Shown piece by piece: positions 17,360-25,129 of a stretch of DNA of 32,000 nucleotides (position 1 is its first letter; each line of letters begins with the position of its first letter). Both the position numbers and the translations under genes were made by a program. Location: assembly GCF_000299365.1 (NCBI RefSeq), contig NC_018655.1:360001-392000 (forward strand), in the 5' to 3' direction. The notes beneath the pieces were generated by a model. The model was given only the letters and a program-made list of their open reading frames with translations, did no database searches and was not told the origin of the DNA. This DNA is from Candidatus Nitrosopumilus koreensis AR1 (GTDB lineage: Archaea; Thermoproteota; Nitrososphaeria; Nitrososphaerales; Nitrosopumilaceae).

Positions 17360-18307
17360 ATGTCATTACTTCTCAAAGATCGAGTATGGTCAATGGAAGC
17401 ACCTACTGCAAAACGTGGTGTTTACCCGTTACATGGATTCAAACTGGGACTTTATAGATTGCCAATTAATCTTGAAGATCCTAATGAGATAAAATCAGTT
17501 CATGATGGTCTTAAAAAGGCATTTGAGATGGACAAGTATGCTGATAGAATTTTTGCAACATATCGTTGGACAGAAAAAAACATGGATGATCCTGATGCAA
17601 AAGGGTATGAGGAAGTTGAGCTGTCGGTAACAGTTGAAATTGTAACAGGAGAGGTTGTAGATATTATTTATCAGATTTTCCCAATTGAAAAATTTGGTGA
17701 TCCTAATTGGGTTAAAGATTATAGAAAGAAAGCAGACCATTTTGCAAAAATGGTGATTGATACTATATTACGTAACACTATCTTGGCAGACAAGATGGTT
17801 TCTTATTTTGCAAAGACAGAAAAAATCTCTGAAGTTGCAGCCATTCAAAAACTTGAGGATCTTACTCCATTAGCAAAGATTGTTCTTGGTGCAAAACCAA
17901 AACCAGTTGAAGCCACTGAGGAAGAAGCAGAAGAAGATGAAGGTGATATTGAAATTCCAGATGGTGCAAAGCCTGGACCAATTGATGTTGAATTTAAACA
18001 AAAAATGAAAGCATCTGCTCCTTACGAAGCACCTGAACACACCATCAAAACCTGGGGTAGAAAAGGTACTGGCAATGGAATTCTGGGTGTCTGGGGTGAA
18101 TTTGTATCAGTTGATTATGATATCTGTGTTGCAGATGGTGGATGTATTGAAGCATGTCCAGTTGGTGTGTATGAGTGGTTTGACACTCCAGGAAATCCAG
18201 CATCTGAAAAGAAACCACTGATGTCAAAAGAACCTGATTGTATCTTTTGTCTTGCATGTGAAGGTGTCTGTCCTCCACAAGCAATCAAAATCTTCGAACA
18301 GAAATAG
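17360..18307 (+). CDS. fusion protein: unknown ~225-aa N-terminal domain + Sulfolobus-type dicluster (3Fe-4S/4Fe-4S) ferredoxin domain
   Basis: The C-terminus reads 'CVADGGCIEACPVGVYEWFDTPGNPASEKK...CIFCLACEGVCP' (CxxDxxCxxxCP ... CxxCxxCxxxCP). It is preceded by the acidic linker 'EATEEEAEEDEGDIEIPD'. Confidence 0.8.
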   Translation: MSLLLKDRVWSMEAPTAKRGVYPLHGFKLGLYRLPINLEDPNEIKSVHDGLKKAFEMDKYADRIFATYRWTEKNMDDPDAKGYEEVELSVTVEIVTGEVVDIIYQIFPIEKFGDPNWVKDYRKKADHFAKMVIDTILRNTILADKMVSYFAKTEKISEVAAIQKLEDLTPLAKIVLGAKPKPVEATEEEAEEDEGDIEIPDGAKPGPIDVEFKQKMKASAPYEAPEHTIKTWGRKGTGNGILGVWGEFVSVDYDICVADGGCIEACPVGVYEWFDTPGNPASEKKPLMSKEPDCIFCLACEGVCPPQAIKIFEQK

Positions 18308-18361
18308 TCAAAATTTATTGCAAGTATAAATAGTGAATAGTGATTCTGGGAAATTAGGGAT

Positions 18362-20434
18362 ATGGCATTCAACCCTTTTACTGCATTTGTTTTTGATCTG
18401 TTTATTCTATCTGCTATTATAATTACTGCATATACTTGCAATTTCTACTATTTGGCATTTCTTTCAAGAAAAAGAAAAGATGTGCTGACAGTTGCTGACT
18501 TGGGTACACCATCAATTACAATACAATTACCGATATACAATGAAAAGTATGTGGCAAAGAGACTGGTTGACTCTGTTTGTAATTTGGATTACCCTCAGGA
18601 TAAAATGAGGATAATGGTACTGGATGATTCTGATGATGATACGGTAGAATTACTTGCCAACACTGTTAACGATTACAAAAAGAAAGGATTTCATATTGAA
18701 CATGTAAGACGTGGAACTAGAAAAGGGTACAAGGCTGGAGCTCTAAAATATGCAATGCAGTCAACTGATACTGAACTTGTTGCAATATTTGATGCTGATT
18801 TTATTCCCCCTACATGGTTTCTAAAACGTGCAATCCCTCACTTTTCAAAACCCAACATTGGACTAGTTCAATGTAGATGGGGTCATGTCAACGAAAATTA
18901 TTCTGCAATAACTCAAGCACAAGCCCTTAGTCTGGACTTTCATTTTCTAATTGAACAAAAAGCAAAAAGCAATTCTCACCTGTTTATGAATTTCAATGGA
19001 ACCGCTGGTATATGGAAACGTGATTGCATTGAAGATGCTGGTGGATGGCATACTGCTACATTGGTTGAAGATCTTGATCTTAGCTATAGGGCCCAAATGA
19101 AAGGCTGGAAATGCCTCTTTCTCCCAGACATTGTAGTTGATGCAGAACTACCTGTTCAGATGAATGCTGCAAAAAGACAACAATTTCGTTGGGCTAAGGG
19201 TTCTATACAATGCGCAATAAAACTTCTTACTGATATTACAATCAAACGGAAAATCGCAATTGAGGCAAAGGTTCAAGCATTTATCCAACTTACTCGTCAT
19301 GTTGTTTTTCCTCTCATGTTAATACAATTTTTAGCACTGCCTATTTTGTTAGCTGGAGAAGTTAATCTTTATGTGATTAGCTTCCTTCCTGCAATAACAA
19401 TTGCAACATATCTTGCAATGGGACCTGGTGCATACATTATGATTATACATAGCATGTATCACAAATCTTGGAAATCAAAAGCAAAGATACTTCCAACATT
19501 ATTGGTCTATAATGCTGGAATGTCTGTAAACAATACTGTGGCCGTGTTTGATGCAGTGCTTGGAAAAAAGAATGAATTCCTTAGAACTCCCAAATATGGT
19601 GTTCTTAAGACAAAAGATGATTGGAAAAATAATGCATACAACTTACCTTTCTCACAAGTAACACTCCTTGAGATTTTCTTTGGTGTGTATGGTGTATTGG
19701 GTATTTTTGTCTCAATATTTTCAAACAATCCTATCTTTGTTCCAATCATTGCTTTGCAAACTATTGGATTCTTCTATATTGCCTATCTGAGCCTGTCTCA
19801 TACTCGATTTAAAAGAAATAAATCAAGTGTTGACCGTGTACTGACTAAGAAAGAGAAAATGGCAAATAGAGTTTACAAACTTTCCATGATTGGAATTGTT
19901 GGAATAATTGTTTTTGGAGGGTTTATGGCAATCTATGGATATAGTGTTGATATCTACCCACTTGATAGGATTAGAGGTAATCTTGATGGAATTATTGCTT
20001 CCTCTGATCCTGATGCAATTCGTGCCCATTTGGTAGCTATTCAAGCAGACATGGATGGAATCATGGCAAATGATCTCATTCCAGAAAAAACCAATGCCGA
20101 TGGTGAACTAATCTCTAAGAATCCTGTTTGGCTATTTTCAACAGAATCTACAAACTTTGTTAGAATTCAAGATAATCTGGACACAATGCTAGCAAGTATT
20201 GATAAAATATCTACTGTTCCCAAAGACAGTTCTGCATATCATACTGGAATGCTGGATGTTAACGATAGAGCTCTTCTCATTCAGACCAACATCATGGATG
20301 CAACTCCATACATGTATGTCAGTGTTGCAAATATGATGTTTTCAACAATTTGGATTGCTGCATTGTTAGGAATCTTTGCGGCATTAAAAAGAAAGAAAGA
20401 ACAACTCAAAAAAGTTGATGAATCTGGAATCTAA
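18362..20434 (+). CDS. membrane-integrated processive family-2 glycosyltransferase (cellulose-synthase-like) with C-terminal TM-ectodomain-TM extension
   Basis: 'ITIQLPIYNEKY', 'VLDDSDDDT', 'FDADFIP', 'QCRWGH', 'LVEDLDLSYR' (TED) and 'QQFRWAKG' (QxxRW). Multiple hydrophobic helices follow residue ~300. Confidence 0.85.
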   Translation: MAFNPFTAFVFDLFILSAIIITAYTCNFYYLAFLSRKRKDVLTVADLGTPSITIQLPIYNEKYVAKRLVDSVCNLDYPQDKMRIMVLDDSDDDTVELLANTVNDYKKKGFHIEHVRRGTRKGYKAGALKYAMQSTDTELVAIFDADFIPPTWFLKRAIPHFSKPNIGLVQCRWGHVNENYSAITQAQALSLDFHFLIEQKAKSNSHLFMNFNGTAGIWKRDCIEDAGGWHTATLVEDLDLSYRAQMKGWKCLFLPDIVVDAELPVQMNAAKRQQFRWAKGSIQCAIKLLTDITIKRKIAIEAKVQAFIQLTRHVVFPLMLIQFLALPILLAGEVNLYVISFLPAITIATYLAMGPGAYIMIIHSMYHKSWKSKAKILPTLLVYNAGMSVNNTVAVFDAVLGKKNEFLRTPKYGVLKTKDDWKNNAYNLPFSQVTLLEIFFGVYGVLGIFVSIFSNNPIFVPIIALQTIGFFYIAYLSLSHTRFKRNKSSVDRVLTKKEKMANRVYKLSMIGIVGIIVFGGFMAIYGYSVDIYPLDRIRGNLDGIIASSDPDAIRAHLVAIQADMDGIMANDLIPEKTNADGELISKNPVWLFSTESTNFVRIQDNLDTMLASIDKISTVPKDSSAYHTGMLDVNDRALLIQTNIMDATPYMYVSVANMMFSTIWIAALLGIFAALKRKKEQLKKVDESGI

Positions 20435-21954
20435 GAAATATTCAGATCCTTTCTGATCTCATCCACTGCTCTGATTCCATAAATATCTCTAATTTGTTGA
20501 ATTCTAACTGCCTCTTTTAACAAATCCCGCCCAATTGCGTTTGTTAAAATTGAGTAAACATCACTGAATCGAATTTCCCACTTGTCTGCACAATCTAGAA
20601 TCTTGCTTACTGCCCATTGTCTTACTTCATGTGGAAGTGGAATCTTTTCTCCCGATTCTATTGAAATCCTGTCAAACAGATTTACAATATCTGAAGTTTG
20701 TGAAGCCATGTTTTCAAGATCTTTTGAATCACCATACTTTGATTCAGCATTCATTCTGATATTTGATTGATATTCTGATAGTTTCAATAACGCCATCATC
20801 TCTTTTGAGGAATCATCAGATGCCTTGTTTGTAACACTTTTGATTGATTGCATCTCTTCAAACAATTTTTCAGTCTTTTTGTGAAATTCTGCCGTTGATG
20901 CATCTTGTCTTTTTAGCATGTCTGATGCAGATGATATTTTTTGTTCAATACTGTTTGTCTTATCAAATACATTTTGTTTGAAATCTGAGAGATCGCTTTG
21001 TACTGCTTTGAGGCCTTCTCCTACAAATGCTGTAGAATCTGCTCTGTGAGACAATGTTCCAATTTCGGTCTCAATTTTGTCAATCTTGCCTGCTAACTCT
21101 TTTATTGATTCCAAACTTATACTGTCTGCTGAACTAGCCTTGGCAGAAACTGTTTCAAATTGCTGCTTTAGGCCTTCAATTACTCCTCCTAACGAATCAA
21201 TCTTTGAGGCTTTGGATGAAATTGAATCAATTGTTGCCTTTATTGCATCTAGTTCTGAATTTAGATTTGAATTATCTGAAACTCCTTCAGTTATTTTTGA
21301 GAGTTCTTGTTTAAGACTCTCGATGATTTGAGCTCCTGTTTCAAGCTTTGCTGTTTTTCCTGAAATCTCTTCAATACTGCTCTTTAGTTTATCCATTTCT
21401 GCACCAACTTCTAAAAATGAATCTGTTTTTCCTGAGACTTTTCTGAGATCATCTCTTACTTCGTCAATTCTTTGGGCAATCTTGATGATCATTTGAGAAT
21501 TGTTTCTAATAGAATTCATGCTGTCTTCTACTTGTTGAGAAATTTCCTGAGTTTTCGTTGATTTTTGTAATTCTGATATTCTGTTAATCTCTTCTTGCAA
21601 TTTTGCTGTTTGATTGTTTATCTTGTTTACCAGATTTGATTGTGTCCTAACTTGATTTAATCCGGCATATAGCTTTTGTGTATCGTCTTCAATGATGTTA
21701 ATTTGCTTTGATTGTTTTTGAATGTGCTCTAATGCTGATGTTAGGGAATCAATCATTCCTTTCATTGAAACTAGAACTTTTTGATTTTCTCCAAAAATCT
21801 TTGACATTACTTTGATCTCTTTTTGTAACGCCTTGTTAGTGTCTGAGACTGATGCTACTTTTTTTAGTAAAACTGATGGACTTGGCTCTCTTTTTACAAC
21901 TTTTTTTGTCTTGTTTGAGGTCTTTTTCTTTGCAGTTTTTGTAGCCATATCCAT
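20431..21954 (-). CDS. long coiled-coil protein with basic N-terminus, internal repeats and a globular C-terminal domain
   Basis: 507-codon ORF. The Lys-rich N-terminus is 'TKTAKKKTSNKTKKVVKR'. About 350 aa are heptad-like and Ser/Lys/Glu-rich. The repeated units include 'ISGKTAKLETGAQIIESLKQEL' and 'ISSKASKIDSLGGVIEGLKQQF'. Confidence 0.7.
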   Translation of the reverse strand: MDMATKTAKKKTSNKTKKVVKREPSPSVLLKKVASVSDTNKALQKEIKVMSKIFGENQKVLVSMKGMIDSLTSALEHIQKQSKQINIIEDDTQKLYAGLNQVRTQSNLVNKINNQTAKLQEEINRISELQKSTKTQEISQQVEDSMNSIRNNSQMIIKIAQRIDEVRDDLRKVSGKTDSFLEVGAEMDKLKSSIEEISGKTAKLETGAQIIESLKQELSKITEGVSDNSNLNSELDAIKATIDSISSKASKIDSLGGVIEGLKQQFETVSAKASSADSISLESIKELAGKIDKIETEIGTLSHRADSTAFVGEGLKAVQSDLSDFKQNVFDKTNSIEQKISSASDMLKRQDASTAEFHKKTEKLFEEMQSIKSVTNKASDDSSKEMMALLKLSEYQSNIRMNAESKYGDSKDLENMASQTSDIVNLFDRISIESGEKIPLPHEVRQWAVSKILDCADKWEIRFSDVYSILTNAIGRDLLKEAVRIQQIRDIYGIRAVDEIRKDLNIS

Positions 21955-22009
21955 TGAATTAAAAATTTAATGATAAAAAAGTTAGGTCTAAAATAAAAAA
22001 TGTAAAGAG

Positions 22010-22117
22010 TTACTTGTTTACAACTTCTGGTTCGTGTAGTAACTCATGAAAGGTCTTTTCAGCCAATCCATTTGCTGTTTCGATAAAACCTCTTGTACAA
22101 TATTCACATTGAATCAT
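22010..22117 (-). CDS. candidate small protein (35 aa) with C2H2-like zinc-finger spacing
   Basis: My own translation is MIQCEYCTRGFIETANGLAEKTFHELLHEPEVVNK (CxxC-x16-HxxxH). It is below the ORF-track size cut-off. A TATA-like TTATTAAT (22141-22148, minus) lies 23 nt upstream of the ATG. Confidence 0.3.
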   Translation of the reverse strand: MIQCEYCTRGFIETANGLAEKTFHELLHEPEVVNK

Positions 22118-22142
22118 ATAGTACGGTATGGTACCGTACTAT
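22118..22142. promoter_or_regulatory. perfect inverted repeat ATAGTACGGTA-TGG-TACCGTACTAT (candidate operator)
   Basis: 11-bp arms and a 3-nt spacer, verified base by base. It fills the interval between the TATA-like box and the sORF ATG at 22117. Confidence 0.5.
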
Positions 22143-22364
22143 TAATAACAAGGTAATGACAACGTAACCAATTATGCAGTCAGATACCCCAGGTCATATC
22201 TCTACATTTAATTCAGTTGACCTAATCATCACTCTGCATTTTGATAATGGCTACTGGGAATAAAGAGGTTAAACATTATGAAATTTTTTCGAGCCTGACT
22301 AGTCAATTACTGTTTTTCAGACTCTATTTTCGAATTTTTAATCAGTAATCATTTTTAAACAAAT

Positions 22365-23705
22365 TTGTCAAGTGATAACATGCAAAACATTCCACTACAG
22401 CTAAATCCTAGTGGAATTCAAAGCTCACTTAATCACACTGTCAATAGTTTGATTGAGCAAATTACTCCTGAACTACCTCATACATCATTTGTTACTGATC
22501 TGGCCTTTATCATGATTATTGGCGCAGTTGTAACTCTTGCATTTTTTAAAATCAAACAACCACTAATCATTGGATATCTTTTCGCAGGAATGTTGATTGG
22601 ACCTTTATCTCCATTTTGGTCTTGGGTGTTACCTGAAGGGGGTCCATCTACTGATGTTTTAGAAGGTGTCGGAATATTATCTGATATCTCTGCATTGAAT
22701 CTCTTTGCTGAGATAGGTGTTATCTTACTTCTCTTTGTTATTGGAATAGAATTTCCATATGCAAAAATTAGAAGCATAGGGCGAGTTGCAGTTGGAGTTG
22801 GAACAATTGGTTTGTTCTCAACTTTGGGTGCTATATTTTTCACAGCAACTGCTCTTGGCATGGAATTCATGGATGCGTTATTCATTGCAGCTGCGTTATC
22901 GATTTCCAGTACTGCAATCATTGTTAAAATTTTAGAGGATATGGGCAAGATCAAAAAAGAATCATCGATACTTGTTTTAGGTATTTTGATTGTAGAAGAC
23001 GTCATTGCAGTTATCTTGATTTCATCATTGCAGTCAATTGCATTAGTTGGATCAGTGTCTGTTGAATCAATAATTGTAGTTGTACTAGTTGCAATTGGAT
23101 TAATTGTTGGTACATTTACTGTTGGAACTCGTGTTATTCCTCCACTTATTGATAGGGTTGCAGCTGCAGAACATCGTGAAATTTTGTTACTCAGCGTTCT
23201 TGGTGTCTGTTTTGGTTATGCATTATTTGCAAACATTGTGGGGCTGTCTGTTGCAATTGGTGCCTTTTTGGCAGGTGTTCTTGTGGCTGAATCAAAATCT
23301 GCTGAAGTTGCAAAACTCCTTTCTAGTCCTATTAAAGACATGTTTGTTGCAATATTCTTTATCTCAGTTGGAGCGTTAATGGATATCTCTCAACTTGGTA
23401 ATTACATTTGGATAGCAATTGCATTGATTGCAGTTGCTACTGGTATGAAATTTGGAGGGAACATGATTGGCAATATTTTGTTTAGACAAAGACGTGGAAA
23501 GGCACTTCGTTCAGCATTCACTTTGGCTGCTCCTAGAGGAGAATTCTCAATTGTAATTGTAAAGGCTGGTGTGGATATTGGTGCAGTTAGTGCATTCTTG
23601 TTCCCTCTTGTAGGTATCATATCGATCATTACTGCATTTCTTTCTCCTTTCTTGGTAAAAGCTGGGGATAAAATAGTCCCCAAATTAGAAAAAGACAATG
23701 TCTGA
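22365..23705 (+). CDS. cation:proton antiporter (CPA2 / Kef-type Na+(K+)/H+ exchanger family)
   Basis: A polytopic membrane protein of roughly a dozen hydrophobic segments. 'QPLIIGYLFAGMLIGP' and 'EIGVILLLFVIGIEF' are typical of the Na_H_Exchanger family. The start is TTG 22365 or ATG 22380. Confidence 0.85.
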   Translation: MSSDNMQNIPLQLNPSGIQSSLNHTVNSLIEQITPELPHTSFVTDLAFIMIIGAVVTLAFFKIKQPLIIGYLFAGMLIGPLSPFWSWVLPEGGPSTDVLEGVGILSDISALNLFAEIGVILLLFVIGIEFPYAKIRSIGRVAVGVGTIGLFSTLGAIFFTATALGMEFMDALFIAAALSISSTAIIVKILEDMGKIKKESSILVLGILIVEDVIAVILISSLQSIALVGSVSVESIIVVVLVAIGLIVGTFTVGTRVIPPLIDRVAAAEHREILLLSVLGVCFGYALFANIVGLSVAIGAFLAGVLVAESKSAEVAKLLSSPIKDMFVAIFFISVGALMDISQLGNYIWIAIALIAVATGMKFGGNMIGNILFRQRRGKALRSAFTLAAPRGEFSIVIVKAGVDIGAVSAFLFPLVGIISIITAFLSPFLVKAGDKIVPKLEKDNV

Positions 23706-24126
23706 TGAACTAAAACGAATGCTGGAACAAGTTCATTCTGGAATTACCACTTTTGATTTTGAAGGAAAAGAAACACCGTGTATTGTAATTGATGCAAAAA
23801 AATATGGTGTTATTCGAGCTAAAATTGAAGGTCAACCTTTTTCTGTTAATACTGATTTGAATATTCTTCAAGATGGGTTGGGTAATGTCTTTGTTGAAGT
23901 TGTGTTATCTTTTTCAATTGGTAATATTTCTGAAAAGTTTCTCATCAATGCAAAAACTGATTTGAAGTTTTTTGAAGCACTTGCTACTACTTCCATGCTT
24001 GTCCTAAATTCACCTGAATCTCAATATGGTAAGGACAATGTTATTGCTATTCAACTACCACGTCCAGAAAAAGCTCATGATGCATTAGAAATCATAAAAT
24101 CTGCCTTAATTCCTAAAAACCAATAG
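23698..24126 (+). CDS. hypothetical soluble protein, translationally coupled to the antiporter
   Basis: 142-codon ORF whose ATG overlaps the antiporter 3' end by 8 nt. No family recognised. Confidence 0.55.
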   Translation: MSDELKRMLEQVHSGITTFDFEGKETPCIVIDAKKYGVIRAKIEGQPFSVNTDLNILQDGLGNVFVEVVLSFSIGNISEKFLINAKTDLKFFEALATTSMLVLNSPESQYGKDNVIAIQLPRPEKAHDALEIIKSALIPKNQ

Positions 24127-24127
24127 G

Positions 24128-24204
24128 TGGTGCAGTTACCGGGATTTGAACCCGGGTCACGTACTTGGCAAGCACGAGTACTAACCAGACTGTACTATAA
24201 CTGC
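24128..24204 (-). tRNA. tRNA-Gly (anticodon GCC), CCA encoded
   Basis: Cloverleaf folded by hand. Acceptor GCAGTTA/TAACTGC, D stem GTAC/GTAC, anticodon stem CGTGC/GTACG with loop TTGCCAA, 4-nt variable loop, T arm CCGGG-TTCAAAT-CCCGG, then discriminator A and CCA. Confidence 0.92.
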
Positions 24205-24267
24205 AACAAACCTAGAGGCTGAATTTGGATATTAAACTGTTTTTAACTATTTTAATGAAGAATCATT

Positions 24268-24531
24268 ATGGATGAAACTCTTCTAAAGAAAATAGATGAA
24301 AAAATTCAAGAAACAATTTCTAACAAAGATGAAATCAAACAACTGATTTCAACATTGTCTGGTATAGATAATTCAAAATCATTTGCTTTGGGGATTGTTG
24401 TTGGAAGAATCTATAATGCATTTTACTATCAATCAAAACGAATTTTGAATCGAGAGCCTACAAAAGTTGAATTTGATGAATTTTTAGAATTTATTCAAAA
24501 TAAGAAATCTGATCTAGAAAATCTATGGTGA
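24268..24531 (+). CDS. hypothetical protein
   Basis: 87-codon ORF with an ATG start and helical character. No motif recognised. Confidence 0.5.
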   Translation: MDETLLKKIDEKIQETISNKDEIKQLISTLSGIDNSKSFALGIVVGRIYNAFYYQSKRILNREPTKVEFDEFLEFIQNKKSDLENLW

Positions 24532-25032
24532 TGCTTTATTCCAATCCAAAACTTTGATTGTTGGCGTTCCTGGTAATTTCACACATGCACTTTTGAGTGC
24601 TTTTTTTGCTGCTGCTAAATGTGCGTCTCCATTGACATAAAGCTCCATAATGCATTGACCTTCCTTTACTCTTGCACCTAAACTAGTAGCTTTTCCCCAT
24701 GCTCTTCTCATACCTTCTGAAATTCTATCTGCACCTGCAGTTGCAATCTGCTTATTTTCTCTTAACATATTGTGTGGGTAAATTCTTAGTCTGGAATAAT
24801 ATCCTGATTCACCGGTTGTTTTTTCTAATGTTTTGTTTGCTGCCAATCTTGTTGATTCTATTGCCATGTGTCTTAACTGCATTTTTTCATTGATGCACAA
24901 CTGGACACAATACTGGTATGTACCTCTTTTTCCACCTTGAAATTTTGCAATTTTGATCTGTGGTTTACCTTTGATGTATTTTCTTCTGGTAAATACTTGG
25001 CCATTGCCTTCTCTGTAATTGGCACCGTGCAT
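24523..25032 (-). CDS. rpl10e: 50S ribosomal protein L10e (uL16)
   Basis: 'YREGNGQVFTRRKYIKGKPQIKIAKF', 'RIYPHNMLRENK' and 'GADRISEGMRRAWGK'. Confidence 0.9.
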   Translation of the reverse strand: MHGANYREGNGQVFTRRKYIKGKPQIKIAKFQGGKRGTYQYCVQLCINEKMQLRHMAIESTRLAANKTLEKTTGESGYYSRLRIYPHNMLRENKQIATAGADRISEGMRRAWGKATSLGARVKEGQCIMELYVNGDAHLAAAKKALKSACVKLPGTPTIKVLDWNKASP

Positions 25033-25129
25033 GATATGATAAAGACCTGAATGCCCATATTTTAACGGTTAGAAGACATTTGTTCGTGTTTTCCAATGCT
25101 TATATGGAAATCATTTGGTTTTCTCCATC

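Noticed and set aside
20431-20434. Overlapping convergent stop codons of the GT2 and coiled-coil genes
   Set aside because: This is a trivial consequence of compact gene packing (cTAA / TAG on opposite strands). On its own it is not evidence of functional coupling.
15280-21331. ORFs 15280..15468, 16539..16808, 16631..16825, 17033..17257, 17495..17740, 18045..18284, 18115..18441, 19507..19749, 19823..20044, 20582..20770 and 21077..21331
   Set aside because: They are antisense or out of frame within NAD kinase, rhodanese, the ferredoxin fusion, the GT2 synthase and the coiled-coil gene. No motifs are present.
22174-22263. 29-codon plus-strand sORF (MQSDTPGHISTFNSVDLIITLHFDNGYWE) divergent from the palindrome
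   Set aside because: It has no recognisable motif and no well-placed TATA-like box that I could identify. It cannot be distinguished from chance at this length.
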